Under the pieces are notes generated by a model. That model saw nothing but the letters and a program-made list of their open reading frames with translations, searched no databases and was not told the DNA's origin. This document shows, one piece after another, positions 1 to 9,483 of a stretch of DNA of 64,000 nt. Numbering within the stretch: the stretch's first letter is position 1; every line of letters begins with the position of its first letter. The stretch lies in assembly GCA_016186795.1 (NCBI GenBank), contig JACPKY010000002.1, positions 1,053,892 through 1,117,891 on the forward strand. The letters run 5' to 3'. The position numbers and the translations under genes are program-made. Source of the stretch: Candidatus Gottesmanbacteria bacterium (GTDB lineage: Bacteria > Patescibacteriota > Microgenomatia > 2-02-FULL-39-11).

Positions 1-33
1 AACTGGGCACAAAAAGGAACGAGAGTCGAAGTC

Positions 34-62
34 TTTTAAATTACTTTTCCCACTGTTATAAT
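34..62 (+). promoter_or_regulatory. Sigma70-like promoter upstream of trxA; TTTAAA at 35-40 and extended -10 TGtTATAAT at 54-62
   Basis: Hexamers read directly with 16 nt spacing. Lies about 40 nt upstream of the trxA ATG, which is preceded by an AAAGGA SD. Confidence 0.35.
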
Positions 63-103
63 GGATTTCCTAAATACTATTTCTTTTACGAAAGGATTTT
101 ATT

Positions 104-427
104 ATGGCAGAAGTAACCCTTACAGATGCAAATTTTGATAATGAGGTCCTGAAAGCGGTAGTTCCAGTGCTTGTTGATTTCTGGGCAGAGTGGTGTGGGC
201 CATGCCGGTTCCAAAATCCTATCCTTGAAGAGTTGGAGAAAGAGATTGGTGAGAAAGCAAAAGTAGGAAAACTCAATGTTGATGAAAATCCAAATACTGC
301 ATCAAAGTACGGGGTGATGAGTATTCCGACACTTATGCTTTTTCATAAAGGAAATATGGTGAAGCAGTGGATTGGGGTACAGAGTAAGGAAACGCTCTCT
401 GGGGAAATTAATAAGTTCGTGCAATAA
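104..427 (+). CDS. trxA: Thioredoxin
   Basis: 107 aa ORF with the canonical WCGPC active site (FWAEWCGPCR) and thioredoxin fold length. Good SD. Confidence 0.9.
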   Translation: MAEVTLTDANFDNEVLKAVVPVLVDFWAEWCGPCRFQNPILEELEKEIGEKAKVGKLNVDENPNTASKYGVMSIPTLMLFHKGNMVKQWIGVQSKETLSGEINKFVQ

Positions 428-436
428 TTCTTCATT

Positions 437-1402
437 TTGACTTCTCATATGGTGTACGACGTAATAATTCTTGGTTCTGGACCGGCAGGGTGGACAGCGG
501 GGATTTATACAGTCCGAGCCGGACACAAAACGCTTCTTATTGCAGGTATTCGTTGGGGTGGGCAACTGATGTTGACAACATTGGTTGAAAACTTCCCGGG
601 ATTTCCCGATGGTATCCAAGGACCAGAACTTATGATGAATATGCAAAAACAATCAGAAAAGCTTGGAGTTGAGGTAATGAATACTGATTTTACCCAAGCA
701 GATTTCACCTCAACTCCTTTCAAAATAACGGCAGATGGGAAAGTGTATGAAGCAAAATCGGTGATTATTACAACAGGTGCTGATAGTATTTGGCTGGGCG
801 TCCCAGGGGAAATGCAACTTCGGGGAAAAGGGGTATCAACGTGTGCAACGTGTGACGCATTTTTCTTTCGGAATAAAGACGTCGTGGTTGTGGGAGGCGG
901 AGACAGTGCAATGGAGGAAGCTCTTTATCTTTCTCAGGTAGCAAAATCTGTTACCATTGTCCATCGCCGAGATGCATTCCGGGCAAGTCGCGCGATGCAA
1001 GATCGGGTACTCGCAAATAAAAAAATAAAAATTCTCTGGAATAAAATGATCACCAAGTATCTTGGGACTGATCATGTTACAGGTGTTATGCTCAAAGATA
1101 CAGTTTCTGGGAGTGAAGAAGAATGGAAGACTGATGGCGTCTTTGTTGCCATTGGGCACAAGCCGAATACAGATTTTTTTAAAGGAATAGAGTTGGATAG
1201 TAAAGGGTACATCGTGCGAAAAGAAGTATTCGATAGGGATGGGCTTCTCAAGTATCGTTCCGCAACCAACGTGCCCGGAGTTTTTGTCGCAGGAGACGTT
1301 TTTGATTACCGCTATAAACAGGCAATAACTGCGGCAGGATTTGGTTGTATGGCGGCTCTTGACGCTGACCGCTACTTGTCAGAGCTCCATTCGTCCCCAT
1401 GA
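437..1402 (+). CDS. trxB: Thioredoxin-disulfide reductase
   Basis: 321 aa with N-terminal FAD dinucleotide motif GSGPAGWTAG, redox-active CATCD and NADPH motif VVGGGDSAMEEA. Immediately downstream of trxA. Confidence 0.9.
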   Translation: MTSHMVYDVIILGSGPAGWTAGIYTVRAGHKTLLIAGIRWGGQLMLTTLVENFPGFPDGIQGPELMMNMQKQSEKLGVEVMNTDFTQADFTSTPFKITADGKVYEAKSVIITTGADSIWLGVPGEMQLRGKGVSTCATCDAFFFRNKDVVVVGGGDSAMEEALYLSQVAKSVTIVHRRDAFRASRAMQDRVLANKKIKILWNKMITKYLGTDHVTGVMLKDTVSGSEEEWKTDGVFVAIGHKPNTDFFKGIELDSKGYIVRKEVFDRDGLLKYRSATNVPGVFVAGDVFDYRYKQAITAAGFGCMAALDADRYLSELHSSP

Positions 1403-2490
1403 ATGTTCCAAAAAAACCTACGTTTCTCGGACGTATCGTCCAACATACACACATTCTCGCAGGAGTCTTTTTATTGGTATGTTTTGGTCTTCTTGCGTTC
1501 CTTTTTTACGTTCAAAAGATAAAAAATTACGACATAAATCTTCTTTCTCCTGTCGGAGTTCGCAAGATTATACTTTCACGCGATCCTTTCTATGAAAAAG
1601 TTCTCCATTCAAGAACAATCGATCACTTCCCTCCCAATAGGTACTTTCCCCTCCATTTGATTCCCCGATTTACTCTTACCAAAGATCTTCCTGCATGGGG
1701 ATATGCCGTGATGGATCGAGATACGCGTGAACTCCTGTACGGGAAAAATCTAACAGGGCGCCTCCCCCTTGCATCTCTAGCGAAGGTAATGACATCAATT
1801 GTTGCTATTGAAAAAGCCCCGTTTGATCTTCTTACCACTGTTTCTCTCTCTGCTGCACAGGTAGGGGAAGCATCCATGGGTTTATCTTCTGGAGAGAAGG
1901 TAACGATCGAAGAATTGCTTTACGGATCAATGCTTCCTTCGGGAAATGACGCATCTGAAGTACTAAGTGAATCTGTAGGGAAATATATGTTGGGGATAGG
2001 GCAGGAGGTGACAGATGGTGGAGTGGCGAGGAAAACATTTTTAAACTCCATGAATGAGAAAGCGCAAGCCTTGGGAATGTTTGATACATATTTTTTTAAT
2101 CCTACTGGTCTTGATGAGGAAGAAAAAGAGAAAAGTAGCTTCTCAACAGTGCTTGATCTCTTGGCACTTACAAACTACGCACTTGGGAATGAGACATTTG
2201 CAAAAATTGTGGAAACTTCATTTGTCCAATTTCCTTATAAAGATGGGTATCATAAGGCGTTTTATCTGCAAAATATTCTTAGTCTTTCACAAGCATTTGA
2301 TGGAATTAAAGGAGTGAAACCGGGAAATTCTATTTTTGCCAAAGAGACGCTCATTTCTTATATTGAGCGCGATGGGAGAAGGCTCATTACCGTCATTTTG
2401 GGAAGTAATCATACGAGAGATGATGTACTGACGATCTATAAACAGATTTTTCCTGAATCAGCATCGAAAGCAAAGATTGTGAAAAAGTAA
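1399..2490 (+). CDS. Serine-type D-Ala-D-Ala carboxypeptidase (peptidase S11, PBP5/6-like) with N-terminal membrane anchor
   Basis: SxxK motif (LASLAKVM) and SGN motif (LPSGNDAS) typical of low-MW PBPs. N-terminal TM segment. ATGA overlap with the trxB stop. Confidence 0.65.
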   Translation: MNVPKKPTFLGRIVQHTHILAGVFLLVCFGLLAFLFYVQKIKNYDINLLSPVGVRKIILSRDPFYEKVLHSRTIDHFPPNRYFPLHLIPRFTLTKDLPAWGYAVMDRDTRELLYGKNLTGRLPLASLAKVMTSIVAIEKAPFDLLTTVSLSAAQVGEASMGLSSGEKVTIEELLYGSMLPSGNDASEVLSESVGKYMLGIGQEVTDGGVARKTFLNSMNEKAQALGMFDTYFFNPTGLDEEEKEKSSFSTVLDLLALTNYALGNETFAKIVETSFVQFPYKDGYHKAFYLQNILSLSQAFDGIKGVKPGNSIFAKETLISYIERDGRRLITVILGSNHTRDDVLTIYKQIFPESASKAKIVKK

Positions 2491-2516
2491 ATTCGCAATG
2501 AAGCGAATAAGACAAG

Positions 2517-2552
2517 GGAGTCGCCTACTGAGGCGACTTTTTTTATGATAAA
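2517..2552. terminator. Rho-independent terminator-like hairpin (AGTCGCCTactgAGGCGACT plus T-run) between convergent genes
   Basis: Perfect 8-bp stem with 4-nt loop followed by TTTTTTT. Located between the carboxypeptidase (+) and the NHL protein (-). Confidence 0.5.
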
Positions 2553-2633
2553 AATTGCATTATTACTTCTTGGAGTTGTATGGCTGCCTTGGATGCTGAT
2601 CGGTGGTTGATGGAGGAGTGGACGTAGATAACT

Positions 2634-5540
2634 CTATTTATAATTTATTGTTAATTTTGGGGCAAGAGAAGCTGACCCGTCAAAGCTTGTGACAAATTTT
2701 CTACCAAATTTTGCACCGGTACCTTTTAAGATAAGAGATAAATTATTTCCTGAATTCCAATCTGATTTGTTGACTATTTCCTGAATAATTGGAGAGATAT
2801 CGCCAAAACTATACCAGGTATTGGCTGTCCATTTGCTGTTGGAAGAGTGGTTAACTTTTGATTGAGTTAATGCTCTTTGGGAAGGTTTGTTGGTGTTAGT
2901 GAAGATGGGACTGTTGCCGATATTATCTCCTCTGATAGTAAAGCTCATACTTATCCATGGCGAGGTAGGAGAATATACTTCGAATTTGGCAGAGAGTATT
3001 TTGGCGCCTTTGGGTATAGATATATTTTGAAACCTCAATCCTGTATAGCTTGCGGTTGTAGTTGATCCAGTACCTAGCCAAATAGTTTTGAGAGAGGAAG
3101 AGAGAGTATCTCCATCCTGGTTGACGTCATCTGTAGAAGTGCTGACTTTGAATGTGGTGGTTTTGGGAGCGGGACTGGGTGTTGGAGTACGAGTCGGTGT
3201 GGCTGTGGGTTTGGGTGTAGCTGTAGGGAAGGGAGTAGGAGTCAGTGTGGGTGAAGATGATGGAATCGGCGATGGTGACGGAGTTGGTGATGGCGGATAA
3301 TTTTTGAGGGGATCAAAATAAACTAATACACGGCCCCGATTCAGATCTGCTATATATAGGTTATTATTCGAATCAAAGAGAGATGAGTAACCGTGAGAAA
3401 AGAAATCATTCAGACGGATATCAGGTTCCTTGCTAGTAAGAAGTGTGGTAGATGGATTCAGATATATTCCAGAAAATGAATTGGATTCGACAATTCCGCT
3501 ATATCCTACCGCCATACGGTTAGAGGAATCAAAAGCCATCTCATAAGCTCCCACCCTTGGCGATACCAAATCAGCATCGGGTGCAAATAGCGCTGTAGTG
3601 AGGTTTGTAAATTTACTCGCATTGAACTTCAAGATCCTCTTATTACCATGGTATTCAAGCGTATTATCAGCTACCCACACATTCCCTAGGCGATCAATTT
3701 TTACTGCTCCAGCCATGCAGATCGTATCAGCTGCTTGCCCTGATGGATCACCACCCGTGTTATTTCCTGCTATCCGATTACAATCAGTGCCCGTGGGACT
3801 CGTTTGTCCCAACACTACGTCAATGACAGGCGTTGTGAAAGGATTCTGAATTCTCAAAACTCTATTTTTATCTGGTTGTGCTAGCCAGAGGAAATTTCCA
3901 GATGGATCAACATCAATTCCTATGAAATCATTACCATCATAGTTCCAACTCATCGTACCACCACCCAATATAGGGAGTGGAGTCTCAAAACTAATCGCTC
4001 GTTTTAGAGGTTGTGCGCCTATAGAAAGAGGTAGTTGATATACATCGACAGTTCCTTTTCTTAGTACCCATAGATGGTTTTGATTATCTGCAGCGATTCT
4101 TCCCAAAGTCCAGGGATCTACATCCTCAAAAGAATTAACTCCCGCATATCCATCAGCGGGTTTCCCGTTTGTCAGCGATGACAAATCGTCCCAAAATACT
4201 ATTTTAAATCCATCTGAGAGAATAAATTGATTGTTAGCAATTACCATACCCCGGGGTGAGAAAGGACTTTTACTACTTCTCAAGTTATGCCCGTCCGGAG
4301 GATAAAATAATCTGTGGTTAGCAGAATAAATTTGACCAGAAACCGGAGTAGGAATAGGCGCTTCATAGCGATGGACGTCCTGATTAAAGATGGATGATGA
4401 GACAAAAACGTTGCCGTCGCTATCCAAACCGATCGAACCACGACTATCGCACATATTATCCCAGCACTGGCCGTTTTGCGGATTGATACAAACCGTCTGA
4501 TTTACCGAACCGCATTGACCATTTGGTTGGTAGGTATCCTTAAAAAGAACTTTTTTCACGCTACTACCATCAGGACTCCATAACTCAAGCATATTATTGC
4601 CATGATCAGCTACCCAGATACCTTCTCCGTTTGGATCAAATTCAATACCTGCTGGAGTACGCAGTTGCGATCCGAAAGTACTAGAGTAATTCATTCCATT
4701 GGTAAACGGCGGTTGGAATATCGAAATACGATCATTATATTCATCAGCTACATATACCCAACCGTTTTGCCCATCGACCCTCACAACAGCAGGCTCATTC
4801 ATCTGGTTAGGAGAAGATCCGCGGTTACGTGAAGTAAAATTAGGCTGTCCCAAAACCAGATCTGCAGTTTTTGATCCGGCAGGAAACCGTAGGACTCTAT
4901 GATTTGAAGAATCAGCTACCCATATATTTCCTTGCTGATCCACATCGACACCGGCAACAAAGCTCTCCTGATAACTCCCATTTCTTCCCATGCAAAGAGA
5001 CTGATCAGTTGGAGGAGGAATAGGGCCAGTTGCCAGATCTCCATCTGTAAAATTACATTTATTACCAGAAAAATCCACCTGTCCCCAGACATCATCAGCT
5101 ATAGTATCAGTCGTGAATGGATCAATGTATTTTAGTACGCGATTATTGTGGAAATCTGTAACATACAAACTTGAGTTAGAATCAACTGACATGCTTGCAA
5201 ATGACCCACCCTCTAATGGACTATTTTGTACAGAAGGAATTGAACATTGGCTGCTAGCTGATGCCGGTTTTCGTATTGGATAGTTTTCCATATTGCCGTC
5301 CTGATTACAACCTGAGTAGTCCCATCCAGATGGTTGTCCTAAAACAATATCAGCATGCTTATTAGTAGTGAAATTGCAACTCGATCCTGAACAATCAGAG
5401 TGGGTAGTACATTTTGTATCCGGGTTATTAGCACAAACTCCCAACGACAGATAGCCTAATATCCTGCTATTAGCACCATCATAGACATAAACCCTATTGG
5501 GATGTGTATTTCGATCTACAATCACTCCACCTGGATTCAT
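2634..5540 (-). CDS. Secreted NHL-repeat beta-propeller protein with Pro/Thr-rich linker and C-terminal jelly-roll-like domain; true N-terminus probably extends to about 5760
   Basis: Multiple NHL-type repeats (NHRVLRF, NNRVLKY, KNRVLRI, NRGRVLVY). [42 protein letters not shown] linker. The same frame stays open upstream of the listed ATG and encodes a TM or signal-anchor segment (IPFAIFLILLVSIPLTVFV) preceded by AAGGAG, but with no canonical in-frame start. Confidence 0.7.
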   Translation of the reverse strand: MNPGGVIVDRNTHPNRVYVYDGANSRILGYLSLGVCANNPDTKCTTHSDCSGSSCNFTTNKHADIVLGQPSGWDYSGCNQDGNMENYPIRKPASASSQCSIPSVQNSPLEGGSFASMSVDSNSSLYVTDFHNNRVLKYIDPFTTDTIADDVWGQVDFSGNKCNFTDGDLATGPIPPPTDQSLCMGRNGSYQESFVAGVDVDQQGNIWVADSSNHRVLRFPAGSKTADLVLGQPNFTSRNRGSSPNQMNEPAVVRVDGQNGWVYVADEYNDRISIFQPPFTNGMNYSSTFGSQLRTPAGIEFDPNGEGIWVADHGNNMLELWSPDGSSVKKVLFKDTYQPNGQCGSVNQTVCINPQNGQCWDNMCDSRGSIGLDSDGNVFVSSSIFNQDVHRYEAPIPTPVSGQIYSANHRLFYPPDGHNLRSSKSPFSPRGMVIANNQFILSDGFKIVFWDDLSSLTNGKPADGYAGVNSFEDVDPWTLGRIAADNQNHLWVLRKGTVDVYQLPLSIGAQPLKRAISFETPLPILGGGTMSWNYDGNDFIGIDVDPSGNFLWLAQPDKNRVLRIQNPFTTPVIDVVLGQTSPTGTDCNRIAGNNTGGDPSGQAADTICMAGAVKIDRLGNVWVADNTLEYHGNKRILKFNASKFTNLTTALFAPDADLVSPRVGAYEMAFDSSNRMAVGYSGIVESNSFSGIYLNPSTTLLTSKEPDIRLNDFFSHGYSSLFDSNNNLYIADLNRGRVLVYFDPLKNYPPSPTPSPSPIPSSSPTLTPTPFPTATPKPTATPTRTPTPSPAPKTTTFKVSTSTDDVNQDGDTLSSSLKTIWLGTGSTTTASYTGLRFQNISIPKGAKILSAKFEVYSPTSPWISMSFTIRGDNIGNSPIFTNTNKPSQRALTQSKVNHSSNSKWTANTWYSFGDISPIIQEIVNKSDWNSGNNLSLILKGTGAKFGRKFVTSFDGSASLAPKLTINYK

Positions 5541-5893
5541 TACCTTGAAAGGTGCTGTCTGATTGGGGTTCGATTGGTTAAAGTCGATTTTACCAATAAC
5601 AATATCTGCCCAACCATCAGAGGTGACTCCTCTTGTGGGTATGATGGGGGAGTTTTCTGCAAGGGATTGGGTCGTGTTTTTATATCTGGTGACAAAAACT
5701 GTGAGGGGGATACTAACTAAAAGTATGAGAAAAATAGCAAAAGGTATTTTGTGCGATTTTAGAAAGTCATTGGTTTGAAAAAAATAATTGGAAATAATAA
5801 GCTCCTTTTGAATATGCTGTATATATCTATATTTAATTAAAATTTGTTACAGGTCAATAGTGCGATTCACCCGGTAATTAAAACAAGTTCCGC

Positions 5894-5921
5894 GTTGACA
5901 GACGAAAATTTTCTGGTACAC
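5894..5921 (+). promoter_or_regulatory. Sigma70-like promoter (TTGACA-N16-TACACT) for the serA-serB leader
   Basis: Consensus -35 and an acceptable -10 read directly. Lies about 230 nt upstream of the serA-serB ATG, in a divergent intergenic region. Confidence 0.35.
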
Positions 5922-5924
5922 TCT

Positions 5925-6153
5925 GAGAAAGGAAAACGAAAAACGCTACTATACCGAATTTCCATCGGTAGACCCGCCAGCTGGCGGGGCGTTGTCTTCG
6001 AGAAATCCTTTGAGGAATAAGAAGCACCGGGAATTCCCGTTACAGAATGAATGAGCCCCAATGTACTATCGGGGAAATGTAGGTGGCACCATGGTTCGAC
6101 TTCGCTCACCACAAGCGAGCAAGCAACCGTCCTATAGAAGGGACGGTTTTTTT
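5925..6153 (+). promoter_or_regulatory. Structured 5' leader with T-box-like motif and intrinsic terminator immediately before serA-serB (candidate tRNA-Ser T-box riboswitch or attenuator)
   Basis: Several hairpins are present (TACCGAatttccaTCGGTA, CCCGCCAGCTGGCGGG, CGCTCaccacaaGCGAG). Sequence AAATGTAGGTGGCACCATGG (6075-6094) resembles the T-box consensus AAnnnGGGTGGnACCGCGG, with UGGC able to pair with the GCCA end of tRNA-Ser. Terminator CCGTCCtatagaagGGACGG plus T7 sits at 6127-6153, directly abutting the ATG. Confidence 0.3.
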
Positions 6154-7908
6154 ATGGCAAAAAAATTGAAACTCTTAATAACCGATAAAATTGATACAAC
6201 CAAACTAGATCCGCTTCGAGGGTATTTTGATATTGATACCCGAGTCGGAATCAAGACTGATGAACTACTTCGTGGTATCGCCTCATATCACACGATAATT
6301 ACGCGCTCTTCAACTGCGCTTCCGAAAGAAATTCTCACGAAAGCTGATAATCTCAAAATTATTGGAAGAGCGGGAATTGGCGTTGATAATATCGATATTT
6401 TCGAGGCAACCAAAAAAAGTATTGCAGTTTTGAATGCTCCCAAAGGGAATGCTCGAGTCACTGCTGAACATACAATTGGACTTCTGTTTGCTCTCTTTCG
6501 TCATGTTCCTCAGGCAAACGCTGATTTAAAAAAAGGTATTTGGGGGAAAAGTAAATATGTCGGGACTCAGGTGTATGGGAAAACACTCGGCATTATCGGG
6601 TTTGGAAATGTTGGAAAAGAGGTATACCGTTTGGCTCATGGAATTGGAATGGATGTTGTTGTTTGTGAGCCGTACGTCCGACTTCCGAAACAGGTTCGGA
6701 AAGTTACATTTGAGGAACTTTTGAAAGAGGCAGACATTCTTACGTTTCATGTTCCTCATACCTATCTTACAACCAACATGCTCAACCGGAAGACATTGGA
6801 GTTATGTAAAAAGGGTGTGTATATCATCAACTGCAGCCGAGGCGCGGTTGTTGAGGAAACGGCAATTCTTGAAGGACTAACGTCTGACCATATTGCCGGT
6901 TTTGCGGTTGATGTATTTGTGAAAGAACCAAAGGTGAATAAGAAACTTTTACAGTTTCCAAACGTTATTGCCACACCTCACATTGCCGGATCAACGATTG
7001 AATCACAACGCCTTAGTATCGAAGAGGTAGTGAGTGGAATTATTCACTATCTCAAAGGTCAACCGCCATCCAATCTTCTCAATCCTCAGGTTTTTAAAAA
7101 GCGACTCAAAAGGCGAAAAGGGAGACTTACGTTTGATGCTGTTATTTTTGATTGTGACTCAACACTTTCGGGAGTTGAGGGAATTGATGAACTTGCGCGT
7201 CAGTTGGGGAAAGGGGAGGAAGTTGCAAAACTTACCAAAGCTGCTATGGACGGTACTATGAATTTTGAACAGGTCTATGAAAGACGGTTTTCTCTCGTGC
7301 ACCCATCTCGGGAACATTTACATGACTTAGGAAAGCTCTATATCGAGAAACTTGTTACCGATGCAAAGGGAGTTATTGAAGCACTTACCTTTCTTGGGAA
7401 AGATGTGTACATTGTCAGTGGGGGATTTTCACCGGCACTTCTATCTCTTGGTAAATACTTAGGGATTCCCGAAAAAAATATCTTCGGAAATGACGTTATT
7501 CACGACGAGAATGGGAAGTACATTCGATTTGTTGAAGGGCCGCTTCGGAGAAATCATGGGAAATTACAAATTATTCGTCAGATTCCCGGGAAAAAATTAG
7601 TTGTCGGAGATAGTATCACGGATTTAGAAACGATTGAATACGTCGATCTATTCGTTGGATACGGAGGAGTGACAAGACGTGAGAAGGTAGAACGAGCTGC
7701 TCCAGTGTATGTCTATGCACAGAGTCTTACCCCAATTCTTATTCTTGCGGGCGGATTTGGAGAGTGTGTCAAACTCCTTTCAACAAAATACCGCAAATAT
7801 GTCGGGAAGGGACTCGATCTTCTGATGCACCCAAACCACGTTAAGGTTGAGAAAAACCTTCTGTCAGAGCTTTCTCAATTTAAAGATCTCGCGTACTACA
7901 ATGGGTAA
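6154..7908 (+). CDS. Bifunctional D-3-phosphoglycerate dehydrogenase / phosphoserine phosphatase fusion (SerA N-terminal, SerB-like HAD C-terminal)
   Basis: N-terminal D-isomer 2-hydroxyacid dehydrogenase domain (GIIGFGNVGKEV NAD motif, catalytic region INCSRGAVVEE...TPHIAGST). C-terminal HAD domain with motif I FDCDSTL, EGIDELA...GEEVAKLT...FEQ as in SerB, and motif IV GDSITD. Start taken at the MAKKLKLL ATG (6154) rather than the tracker's 6061, because the upstream part overlaps the leader and terminator. Confidence 0.8.
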   Translation: MAKKLKLLITDKIDTTKLDPLRGYFDIDTRVGIKTDELLRGIASYHTIITRSSTALPKEILTKADNLKIIGRAGIGVDNIDIFEATKKSIAVLNAPKGNARVTAEHTIGLLFALFRHVPQANADLKKGIWGKSKYVGTQVYGKTLGIIGFGNVGKEVYRLAHGIGMDVVVCEPYVRLPKQVRKVTFEELLKEADILTFHVPHTYLTTNMLNRKTLELCKKGVYIINCSRGAVVEETAILEGLTSDHIAGFAVDVFVKEPKVNKKLLQFPNVIATPHIAGSTIESQRLSIEEVVSGIIHYLKGQPPSNLLNPQVFKKRLKRRKGRLTFDAVIFDCDSTLSGVEGIDELARQLGKGEEVAKLTKAAMDGTMNFEQVYERRFSLVHPSREHLHDLGKLYIEKLVTDAKGVIEALTFLGKDVYIVSGGFSPALLSLGKYLGIPEKNIFGNDVIHDENGKYIRFVEGPLRRNHGKLQIIRQIPGKKLVVGDSITDLETIEYVDLFVGYGGVTRREKVERAAPVYVYAQSLTPILILAGGFGECVKLLSTKYRKYVGKGLDLLMHPNHVKVEKNLLSELSQFKDLAYYNG

Positions 7909-9262
7909 AAAAAATTTTCCGATTCGTGCGCTTATAAAAAGGATTGGTGAGAGAAAAATTTCTTTCGATAAAACGGTATTGAGACAGCACTTTCGCGATC
8001 GTTCATTTCATAAAGAACATGTTCCAGATGCGGTAGTGTTTCCGAAGGATTTAAACGATGTCGTCAATATCATTCTGTTTGCAAAAGAATGGAAAATTCC
8101 AGTCACACCTTGGGGAGGAGGATCTGGCCTTGAGGGGAATAGTATTCCAATTCGTGGTGGAATTTCTTTGGATATGACCCGCATGAATAAAATCATCCAT
8201 GTCTATCAGAAAGATTTTCAGGTTCGGGTACAGCCGGGAATTTCAGGCGAAGTACTCAATAGGAAACTGGAAAAGTACAATGTCTGTGTACCAGCTTTTC
8301 CAGGAAGTGCAGATATTGCAACTGTTGGGGGAATGGTAGCAACAAATGCAGGAGGGATGTATACCCTTCAATATGGAGTAGTTGGTGATTGGGTTCTGGA
8401 GCTTACTGTTGTTGATGGGAATGGAAAAGTCATAAAGGTAGGAAGCAGGTCTTTTAAAAGCGTTGCCGGATACGATCTGAAACATCTTTTTATAGGATCT
8501 GAGGGAACGTTGGGAGTTATTTGTGAAATTGTATTCCGGGTAGGTCATATTCCTGATGGGAAAAGAACAGGAATTATTTCCTCGTCATCGGAAAGAAAAC
8601 TTTTCGAACTTGCAGATACTATTCTTGCCAAATTATCCCCTGCCGCACTTGAATTTTTGGATGAGGAGTATGGTCGATTGATAAACACTGTACAGGGAAG
8701 GAAAGTATTTCCCGGACCATCGCTTATCGTTGAATTCCATGGGAGTAAGCTTGAAAGTGAGGAAAAAAATCTTGTCCAACTTTGCAAAAAAGTAGGCGCT
8801 TTGTATCATCCGTGGAAGAATAGAAATAGCCAATCAATCTGGCAGGTACGGAAGAGTGTGAGAATGTCATTGCAAGAGTCGTTCCCTCAAAAAGGAATCA
8901 TGCTTGGTGATGTTGGAATGCCAAGAAGTTTTATTCCTGTGTTTATCAAAAAAATGAAAGCGATAGGGAAGAAAATGGGAGTGAAGACCGCGATTTTTGG
9001 GCATCTCGGGGATGGGAATTTTCATGCCTGGTCATTTTATGATTTAGGAAATGAGAAATCTTTTGATCGTGCAAAACGCTGTAATGAAAAGCTTGTTTCA
9101 TTTGTGATAGCAAATGGCGGGACGTGTACGGCAGAGCATGGAGTTGGTATTGGGAAACGGGAGTTTTTAAAGCTCGAGCATGGAGATACCATGGACGAAT
9201 TTCATAAAGTGAAAAAATTATTTGATCCAATGGGGATTTTAAATCCTGGGAAAGTAATTTAA
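7901..9262 (+). CDS. FAD-linked oxidase of the GlcD / D-lactate dehydrogenase / D-2-hydroxyglutarate dehydrogenase family
   Basis: FAD-binding PCMH domain signature (PWGGGSGLEGNSIP, GGMVATNAGG) and family-typical C-terminal domain (AEHGVGIGKREFL). Start ATG at 7901 overlaps the serA-serB stop (ATGGGTAA). Confidence 0.7.
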   Translation: MGKKNFPIRALIKRIGERKISFDKTVLRQHFRDRSFHKEHVPDAVVFPKDLNDVVNIILFAKEWKIPVTPWGGGSGLEGNSIPIRGGISLDMTRMNKIIHVYQKDFQVRVQPGISGEVLNRKLEKYNVCVPAFPGSADIATVGGMVATNAGGMYTLQYGVVGDWVLELTVVDGNGKVIKVGSRSFKSVAGYDLKHLFIGSEGTLGVICEIVFRVGHIPDGKRTGIISSSSERKLFELADTILAKLSPAALEFLDEEYGRLINTVQGRKVFPGPSLIVEFHGSKLESEEKNLVQLCKKVGALYHPWKNRNSQSIWQVRKSVRMSLQESFPQKGIMLGDVGMPRSFIPVFIKKMKAIGKKMGVKTAIFGHLGDGNFHAWSFYDLGNEKSFDRAKRCNEKLVSFVIANGGTCTAEHGVGIGKREFLKLEHGDTMDEFHKVKKLFDPMGILNPGKVI

Positions 9263-9483
9263 TGTTTCATTTCTTTGCTTGCCCAAAGAAATGAAACAAA
9301 GAAAGGGCACCCTAGTGAACGTTTTCTTGTTTTTCTAACTTCGGGCAGTTCGGTGGATCCTCCCCATTGTATTCGTGGGGTTTCCACACGTTAGCCACTC
9401 AGTAAGAAAAACTACGTAAACGTTCAGAAGGGAAAATTTAGAAATAAGAAGATATTACTTTATAATAAATAAAGGAGGAATAT

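Noticed and set aside
3088-3300. Gly/Val-rich ORF (3088-3300+) and its counterpart 50602-50811-
   Set aside because: They are antisense readings of the Pro/Thr-linker coding DNA of the NHL and beta-helix genes (ACC/CCG repeats read on the opposite strand).
6061-6153. N-terminal 31-codon extension of the SerA-SerB ORF starting at 6061
   Set aside because: It overlaps the structured leader and the intrinsic terminator. MAKKLKLL at 6154 is the typical PGDH N-terminus.
9263-9483. T-box leader upstream of serS
   Set aside because: A GGTGGATCC segment is present, but the bulge base would pair with UCCA rather than the GCCA of tRNA-Ser, and no terminator with T-run precedes the ATG. The strong hairpin at 9266-9300 lacks a T tract.
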